Below are positions 58,240 through 64,000 of a stretch of DNA of 64,000 bases, piece by piece. The DNA is from Nitrosopumilus sp. (lineage in GTDB: Archaea > Thermoproteota > Nitrososphaeria > Nitrososphaerales > Nitrosopumilaceae): contig OY759726.1 in the NCBI GenBank assembly GCA_963662625.1, positions 1,664,001-1,728,000 of the forward strand, given 5' to 3'. The notes under the pieces were generated by a model. That model was not told the DNA's origin. It worked only from the letters and a program-made list of their open reading frames with translations, and did no database searches. The position numbers and the translations under genes are program-made. The stretch's first letter is position 1. Each line of letters begins with the position of its first letter.

Positions 58240-61122
58240 ATGCCGTCGTGCGTGCAGTACGACATGGGCAAAAACCGGCATAGCAGACCGGGACGCGGGG
58301 CGCGGCGCGCGGGCCCCGACATGCGCGCCGTGGCGCTCCTCGTGGCCGGCGCCGCCGCCCTCGTGGCGGCAGGCCTGTCGCACTCCCCAGACGGCGCCTT
58401 CCCGGAATGGGTCCCCGCCGCGCATGGCTACGGGAAGGTGGTGACGGAGGGCGCCGGGGCCATCGGCTCCGACCTGGTCAACGCCGCGGGGTACACCGGC
58501 AAGGGGATCAAGGTGGCGGTGATCGACGCGGGATTCGATCCCGCCAGCCCAGAGATCTCCGGCAGGATCGCCGAGTCCAGGTCCTTTGACACCACCCGCG
58601 GGATCGCCGGGCTTGACGCCGACCACGGCACGGCGGTGGCCGAGATCATAGCGGACGTGGCCCCCGGGGCCGACCTGTACCTTTACAACGTCAGCACGGA
58701 GATGGAGTTTTACGACGCGGCCGACTACATCATCGGCAGGGGCGACATCGACATCGTGTCCATGTCCCTGAACTGGCACAACGACCTGGGCCCCGCCGAC
58801 GGCAGGACGACCTGGATGGCGCAGAAGGTGAACTATGCCGAGAACAGCGGGATACTCTGGGTCAACACGGCAGGCAACGACGGGCAGCATCACTGGCAGG
58901 GGAGGTTCTCCGACCCTGACGGCAACGGCACCCATGACTTTGCGGGAAGCGACGAGACGCTCGACGTCAGCGTGGGGGCCGGGGAGGTGCTGACCGTGAC
59001 GCTCAGCTGGTGGGGCTCGCCGTCCCAAGACTACGAGCTGGCCCTGTATGACGGGAGCCAGAACCTGCTGGCGCGATCCGACTGGTTCCAGCCCGGCTAC
59101 GACCCGTTCGAACAGGTCGCCCACGCATTCCAGCACGACGCGACTGCGCACATCGTGATCAAGAAGGTCACCGCTACCGAGGACGTCGACTTTCAGCTCT
59201 TCGCCAGCCATGACCTCGGCGAGTACGCGGTGCCGGCATCCAGCATAGCCATTCCGGCGGACTCGCCGGGCGCCATGGCGGTGGGCGCCTTCGACTGGGG
59301 CAGCGGAACACTCGAGGGCTACAGCTCCCGCGGGCCCACGATGGACGGCAGGATCAAGCCGGACATATCCGGCCCCACGCAGGTCAGCACGGCGGCGTTC
59401 GGGGGAGGCGCGTTCGGCGGGACGTCTGCCGCCGCCCCGCACGTGGCCGGTGCCGCCGCGCTGGTCATGGAAAAGTACCCCGACGCGACGACGGGCCAGG
59501 TCAGGTTCCTGCTGGAATCGACCGTGGATCCGCGCCACGCCAGGTCAAACCTGGACGGGACGGGGAACCTGGACGTGTCGGCGCTTGCCCCGGCGGACAT
59601 ACTGGTGCTGGACGCCAGGAACGCCGGCTGCGACACGTGCGTGTTCCCCGCCAGCGTGGACGCGCTGGCGGGGGACGCCGTCACCTGGACCAACGTGGAC
59701 ACGGGGCCCGTCGTGCTGGAGAGCGACAGCTCTAGCAGGGACCACTTCACCACCGGCACGCTTGCGCGCGGGAGCAGCTTCTCGCAGACCTTCGTGGAGG
59801 AGGGCATCTACGGGTACCACGAGACGACCAACGTGTGGGCAGGGGGGCAGGTGATCGTAAGGGCAGGATCCTCCGGGGCAGAGCTGTCCTCGGCCAGGAT
59901 CACGGGCCCCAACCAGGTCACCGCGGTCTTCTCCGGCGCGGTCGAAGCCGGGCCGGAGGACTTTGAGGGCGTCTCGATAGCCGGGGAGGCCACCGCGAGG
60001 GCATTCGACGGGCTCGGGGGTTCCGGGACCGACACCATCACGCTTGAGTTCAAGGGCCCGCCGGTGCCAGCCGACGCCACCGGGACCCTGTCAGTCGGGG
60101 ACGGGATCCGCGGCCTGGACGGGAGCCCGGTGCGGGGCCCCTTCAGCGCGCCCGTGGCCGACGGCCAGGCCCCGTCGCTTACCTCGGTCTCCATCGCGTC
60201 GTCGAACCCCGTCCCGGGCAACGCGGTGCCGGGGGACGCCGTGACCCTGACGTTTACCGCCTCCGAGCGGATAGCGGGCGTGGCCGCGACGATCAACGGG
60301 AACGCCTACGCGCCTGCCAACACCTCGGGCAACACCTGGAGCGCGACCCGCACGATAGACGGCACCGACGCCGCCGGCCCGGTGACGTTTTCCATCGACT
60401 TCGGGGACGCGGCGGGCAACGCCGGATCCCGGGTCACCTCGACCACGGACGGCTCCGGGGCGTCAGTCGGGGGCGCGACCACGTCGATACGTGGGACGGT
60501 GTTCGCCGACGCCGACGGCGACGGGTCCCGGGATCCCGGGGAGCCGCCGTTCCCGGGGTACACCATGATCGCGGTGGACCTGCTGACCGGCGTCGTCAGG
60601 ACCGCCGAGAGCGGCCCGGACGGCACGTACGCGTTTGACGGCGTCTCGCCCGCGCCTGACGTCACACTCGTGCAGACGTACTACTTCCCGTTCGACCACA
60701 CCCTTACCACGGGGAACTTTTACGCGTACCTGAGCCCGGCGCAGGGAAGATCCGCGACGTGGGACGTCGGGTTCCGCCAGGTCCTGCCGTCCGAGGCGGT
60801 GACCCTGAGCGTCACGGCATACCGCGACGACGACGGCGACGGGTCCCGGGATCCCGGGGAGCCGCCGTTCCCGGGGGTGACGGTGCACACCTACACGTAC
60901 ACGACGGCGGAGCTCGAGGCGGTGGTGACCGGGCCCGGGGGCGCCGCGACGAAGGCCGACCTCGTCCCCGCCGACTGGCTCGCGCAGGTGGTGCGCCCCG
61001 AGGGCTACGTGGAGACCGCCCCCGACGATCCCGCCACGGGGGTGATCGGGACGCTCCTCGTGATCGCCCCGGAGCCGGGATCGTCCCACTCTATGGAGAT
61101 CGGCCTGGCGCCGGCGCCGTAG
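58240..61122 (+). CDS. Secreted S8 subtilase with cupredoxin-like, Ig-like and SdrD-B-like C-terminal domains (start probably 58321)
   Basis: Catalytic triad VAVIDAG / HGTAVA / GTSAAAPHVAG; SSRGPT.DGRIKPD; GD.VTWTN.D cupredoxin fold lacking the Cu ligands. Confidence 0.9.
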   Translation: MPSCVQYDMGKNRHSRPGRGARRAGPDMRAVALLVAGAAALVAAGLSHSPDGAFPEWVPAAHGYGKVVTEGAGAIGSDLVNAAGYTGKGIKVAVIDAGFDPASPEISGRIAESRSFDTTRGIAGLDADHGTAVAEIIADVAPGADLYLYNVSTEMEFYDAADYIIGRGDIDIVSMSLNWHNDLGPADGRTTWMAQKVNYAENSGILWVNTAGNDGQHHWQGRFSDPDGNGTHDFAGSDETLDVSVGAGEVLTVTLSWWGSPSQDYELALYDGSQNLLARSDWFQPGYDPFEQVAHAFQHDATAHIVIKKVTATEDVDFQLFASHDLGEYAVPASSIAIPADSPGAMAVGAFDWGSGTLEGYSSRGPTMDGRIKPDISGPTQVSTAAFGGGAFGGTSAAAPHVAGAAALVMEKYPDATTGQVRFLLESTVDPRHARSNLDGTGNLDVSALAPADILVLDARNAGCDTCVFPASVDALAGDAVTWTNVDTGPVVLESDSSSRDHFTTGTLARGSSFSQTFVEEGIYGYHETTNVWAGGQVIVRAGSSGAELSSARITGPNQVTAVFSGAVEAGPEDFEGVSIAGEATARAFDGLGGSGTDTITLEFKGPPVPADATGTLSVGDGIRGLDGSPVRGPFSAPVADGQAPSLTSVSIASSNPVPGNAVPGDAVTLTFTASERIAGVAATINGNAYAPANTSGNTWSATRTIDGTDAAGPVTFSIDFGDAAGNAGSRVTSTTDGSGASVGGATTSIRGTVFADADGDGSRDPGEPPFPGYTMIAVDLLTGVVRTAESGPDGTYAFDGVSPAPDVTLVQTYYFPFDHTLTTGNFYAYLSPAQGRSATWDVGFRQVLPSEAVTLSVTAYRDDDGDGSRDPGEPPFPGVTVHTYTYTTAELEAVVTGPGGAATKADLVPADWLAQVVRPEGYVETAPDDPATGVIGTLLVIAPEPGSSHSMEIGLAPAP

Positions 61123-61155
61123 GGTGCGGCATGCCGGGAAGCGCGTTACTGGGAG

Positions 61156-61232
61156 TGGCGCCGCCCACCAGACTTGAACTGGCGACCAACGGATTAACAG
61201 TCCGACGCTCTACCACGCTGAGCTAGGGCGGC
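61156..61232 (-). tRNA. tRNA-Asn(GTT), CCA encoded
   Basis: GCCGCCC acceptor, CGGA-CTGTTAA-TCCG anticodon arm, GTTCAAGT, 3' GCCA. Confidence 0.95.
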
Positions 61233-61294
61233 ACAAGTTGTACCCTCTTCAAAACCGATTTAATCCTTGCTAATGGCGGGATCCGGCGCCGCCG

Positions 61295-61582
61295 TCAGTT
61301 GAACCTGGCAAAAAACTCCTTGATCTCGCCCGCGCGGGACTCCACAAGGTCGACTATCTCCAGGTGCTCCTCGGGGGTGGGCTCCCTCTTGTGCACGATC
61401 TGGAAGGCGCTGAGCGCGGATCCCACCATCTCGCCCACGAAGAAGCCGCACAGGAAGTCGCCGACGTTCTGGCACTCCCACACCTGGCCCACGCGGGGGG
61501 ACGCGCCTGCCTTCTTGTACAGATCCAGGGTCTGGCCGACGAGCTCCCGCGTCTGCCTTGCGAACTCCGGATCCAGGGTCAT
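61295..61582 (-). CDS. Conserved hypothetical protein
   Basis: 95 aa, host codon usage, directly downstream of rpl6. Confidence 0.75.
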   Translation of the reverse strand: MTLDPEFARQTRELVGQTLDLYKKAGASPRVGQVWECQNVGDFLCGFFVGEMVGSALSAFQIVHKREPTPEEHLEIVDLVESRAGEIKEFFARFN

Positions 61583-61592
61583 GCCGCCGGCC

Positions 61593-62147
61593 CTACTCGA
61601 TGCCCTTCTTCTTCTCGTACACGTAGATGCCGTCCAGGAAGACCCTGTGGTCCTTGTTCTTCACCTTGGTGTGGAGCTGTATGTTGGCTGCGGTCTGGGT
61701 CACGTCCGTCAGCACCCTGCCGGTCAGCACGACGTCCTCGCCCTTCGGGGCCACCTTCGTGTCCCCTACTATCCTGGCCGTCCTCGGGGCGTGCTCTCCC
61801 TGGAAGTTCTCTATCAGGACCGTGTCCCCCTCCACCTTCACAGTGATCGGGAAGTGGGCGAACACCACCTTCATCTTGACGGTGTAGCCGTGGACCAGCC
61901 CCTCGCAGATGTTCCTGACTATGGACCTCGCGGTGTGGAGTATGGCATAGTCCCTCTTCCTCTTGCCCCGCGCCATCAGGGTGACCTTGCCGCCGGCCGC
62001 CTCCACGTCCACCGGTATGCTGCGGAAGTTCTTGTAGGCCTTCCCGAGCGGCCCGTCGAACTGCATCATGCGCTTCTTCATGGTGACGCTGACACCCTCC
62101 GGCACGTCGAGCACCACCTTGAACTTGTCGACCTGCTCAGTAGACAT
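61593..62147 (-). CDS. rpl6: 50S ribosomal protein L6
   Basis: VVFAHFP, IENFQGE, VTQTAANI, KNKDHRVFLDGIYV. Confidence 0.97.
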   Translation of the reverse strand: MSTEQVDKFKVVLDVPEGVSVTMKKRMMQFDGPLGKAYKNFRSIPVDVEAAGGKVTLMARGKRKRDYAILHTARSIVRNICEGLVHGYTVKMKVVFAHFPITVKVEGDTVLIENFQGEHAPRTARIVGDTKVAPKGEDVVLTGRVLTDVTQTAANIQLHTKVKNKDHRVFLDGIYVYEKKKGIE

Positions 62148-62529
62148 ACCCTATCAGGAACCCTCCCAGGCCGTGGTTTGCCGCCTCGTGGTGCGACATG
62201 ACGCCCTTGTTGGTGGTGACCAGCAGCATCCCCCTGTCGTATGCGGGCAGGTACTGCTGCTCCCATGCCGTGTACTCCGTGTGCTTTACCTTGAACCGCG
62301 GGGATATGGCGCCGCACTTTGTGATCTTCGCGAGCAGCTGGATCTTGAACTTGCCTCCCCTCTTGTCGTCGACGTGCTCGAACTCGCCGATGTAGCCGTC
62401 CTTCTGAAGCGCCTTTAGCACCTCTATCCCGAGGTTAGACGTGGGAAGTATCACGCAGTCGGACTTTCTGCGCGTCTCGTTGTTGTACAGTGTGACGAAC
62501 AGGTTTGCTAGTACGTTTGAAGCCGGCAT
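62137..62529 (-). CDS. rps8: 30S ribosomal protein S8
   Basis: GYIGEFE.VDD.RGGKF, CGAISPRF, LLVTTNKGVMSH.EA...GLGG.LIGYVY. Confidence 0.97.
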   Translation of the reverse strand: MPASNVLANLFVTLYNNETRRKSDCVILPTSNLGIEVLKALQKDGYIGEFEHVDDKRGGKFKIQLLAKITKCGAISPRFKVKHTEYTAWEQQYLPAYDRGMLLVTTNKGVMSHHEAANHGLGGFLIGYVY

Positions 62530-62535
62530 GTCCAC

Positions 62536-62715
62536 TCACATGTTCTTCCTGAACCCCAGGGACACCGCGACCTCCCTGAAGCACCGCCGGCACAGCATGA
62601 GGTCGTACTTTTGGATCACGGCGGTGTAGTCGCCGCACCTCTTGCACCACCTCGAGCCCCTGCCAAAGTCGTGTTTCTTCCTCCCGGTAAACTCGTATGA
62701 CCTGTCCTTCGCCAT
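62536..62715 (-). CDS. rps14: 30S ribosomal protein S14 (59 aa, below the ORF-track cutoff)
   Basis: Hand translation MAKDRSYEFTGRKKHDFGRGSRWCKRCGDYTAVIQKYDLMLCRRCFREVAVSLGFRKNM. Confidence 0.96.
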   Translation of the reverse strand: MAKDRSYEFTGRKKHDFGRGSRWCKRCGDYTAVIQKYDLMLCRRCFREVAVSLGFRKNM

Positions 62716-63236
62716 TATGTCACAGTCACCCCAAACTCCCTGACTAGATAATCCTTTGCTTCCTGGCTCCCGATGATGTGGGACTTGCCCACCCTTGCCT
62801 TGTGCTTGCTCCTCTTCCTGATCCCGTAGCCTGGCCTGGACAGAGCCACGGAGATCCCCAGGCCCAGGATCCCGATCTGCGGATCGTACTTTACCCCGGG
62901 GATGTCGATGTGCTCGGCTATCCCGAACGAGTAGTTTCCGAACCCGTCAAACGACTTGGACCTCACCTGGTTCCCCTTCGCGTCCAGCAGCCTCTTGAGC
63001 AGGACCCTGGCGTCCTCGCCGCGGACCGTGACGGCGACGCCGATGGGCTCGCCCTTGCGGACGCCCCAGTCCCTCTGCGACTCCCTCGCCTCCCTCACGG
63101 CCGGCTTCCTGCCAGATATCTGCTCCAGCGCCTTCTTGGCGGTCTCGATCGCGTCGCCGGACCTGCCGACGCCCATGTTCAGGACGATCTTCTCGAGGGA
63201 GATCCTCTTCATCGTGGATTCTGTTTCCTGCGACAT
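62715..63236 (-). CDS. rpl5: 50S ribosomal protein L5
   Basis: KIVLNMGVG.SG, VRKGEPIGV.VT.RG, FD..GNYSFGI.EHIDIPG.KYDP.IGI.G. Confidence 0.97.
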   Translation of the reverse strand: MSQETESTMKRISLEKIVLNMGVGRSGDAIETAKKALEQISGRKPAVREARESQRDWGVRKGEPIGVAVTVRGEDARVLLKRLLDAKGNQVRSKSFDGFGNYSFGIAEHIDIPGVKYDPQIGILGLGISVALSRPGYGIRKRSKHKARVGKSHIIGSQEAKDYLVREFGVTVT

Positions 63237-63240
63237 CCTA

Positions 63241-63957
63241 TCACTTTATCCTGATTGCCGGCTCCTCCCTTCCGACCACTATGATTATGTCCGACGGGAT
63301 CTGTATCTTCCTCTCGCCGAGCGTAAGCACGACCCTCCTCGGGAGTATGAACGTGCCCTCCTCGATCGCCTCGATCTTGCCCACCTGCCCCGCGTTTATC
63401 CCGCGCGTTACCAGCGCCTGGCACCCGGCCTCGAGCCTTATCACCTCGATGATCTTCTGCCCCGGGACCTCGATCAGGCACGTGTCGCCGATGCTCACGT
63501 CCGCGTCCGATATGACCGAGCGGCCGTCGTGGAAGCCCACCTGGGTCCTCCCCCCGCCGATCGTGGTCTTGCTCCTCACCCTGACCATCTTTTTTGACTT
63601 TTCCCCGGCGTCGATCTTCAGTGGCTGGAGCAGCTTCCCGTTCCTCGGGACTAGCCTGTAGACGTCCTCGACGTTTTCCAGCTCGACTACGTCCATCAGC
63701 CCTATCGCGTGGTGGAGCGACTTGCGCACCACCCCGTCGACCTTGACCTTGCCCGAGTAGATCTGGGCCTTGGCCTCCCTCAGGGTCGTCACCACCTTCA
63801 GCATGTCCCTCAGGAACACGGCGGTGGGCACGGAGGCGGCTTTCCTGTGGGGGCCCGGCATCACCGTGATGGCGAACCTCTTGTCCTTCCTTGAAATGCC
63901 CCAGAACATGGGGGCCATCTGCCTCTTGAGCTTCTTGCTTCCGGAAATGCTACCCAT
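63241..63957 (-). CDS. rps4e: 30S ribosomal protein S4e
   Basis: KKLKRQMAP.FW.I.RK, PGPH, VKVDGVVRK, IGLMDV, HDGR. Confidence 0.97.
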   Translation of the reverse strand: MGSISGSKKLKRQMAPMFWGISRKDKRFAITVMPGPHRKAASVPTAVFLRDMLKVVTTLREAKAQIYSGKVKVDGVVRKSLHHAIGLMDVVELENVEDVYRLVPRNGKLLQPLKIDAGEKSKKMVRVRSKTTIGGGRTQVGFHDGRSVISDADVSIGDTCLIEVPGQKIIEVIRLEAGCQALVTRGINAGQVGKIEAIEEGTFILPRRVVLTLGERKIQIPSDIIIVVGREEPAIRIK

Positions 63958-64000
63958 TGCTCTCACCCTCCCTCTTCTCTTCTTTTGAGTCTTTACCCGC
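63950..64000 (-). CDS. 3' end of the upstream gene, likely ribosomal protein L24 (partial)
   Basis: Charged tail AGKDSKEEKREGESNG*; identity inferred only from conserved operon order. Confidence 0.45.
   Translation of the reverse strand, partial: AGKDSKEEKREGESNG

Noticed and set aside
35235-59538. Long Arg/Gly/Pro-rich alternative-frame ORFs (e.g. 35235-36980, 37344-39371, 51961-54198, 58216-59538)
   Set aside because: These are shadow ORFs caused by high GC, overlapping well-supported genes or elements.
47395-61232. tRNA-bounded integrated element (ParB-like gene between tRNA-Pro and tRNA-Asn)
   Set aside because: No integrase, no duplicated tRNA 3' end (att site), and host-like composition.
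61295-61600. Ribosomal cluster ending after L6 without L32e/L19e
   Set aside because: A split at this point is, to my recollection, usual in thaumarchaeal genomes, so it is not notable.

Overview
High-GC archaeal DNA. The archaeal-type ribosomal cluster (S4e, L5, S14, S8, L6), TATA-box promoters and large Nitrosopumilaceae-style secreted proteins suggest a thaumarchaeote, possibly a sponge-symbiont lineage (inference). The first ~33.5 kb is a defence island with TWO complete, divergent type I-G (I-U) interference operons on the minus strand: cas7-csb2-cas3-csb3 (AT-rich) and cas7-csb2-cas3-csx17. It also holds one ~135-repeat CRISPR array, a single cas4/1-cas2 adaptation module, an AAA-DUF4143 ATPase, HicBA and MNT-HEPN toxin-antitoxin pairs, and IS630, IS5, IS481 and IS66-like elements. 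At the extreme left edge are two identical 38-bp repeats with 34-35-bp unique spacers. These look like the end of a second, non-canonical CRISPR-like array whose repeat is unrelated to the main array. The remainder carries a gamma-carbonic anhydrase, a decayed IS110-family element with subterminal IRs and a structured non-coding leader, a DinG/XPD-like helicase, a NERD protein, a matrixin, a hicBA pseudogene, Cache/PBP secreted proteins, a 3022-aa modular surface protein, a ParB-like protein, a subtilase, tRNA-Pro, tRNA-Asn and ribosomal genes. All calls come from reading motifs by eye; no database searches were run.
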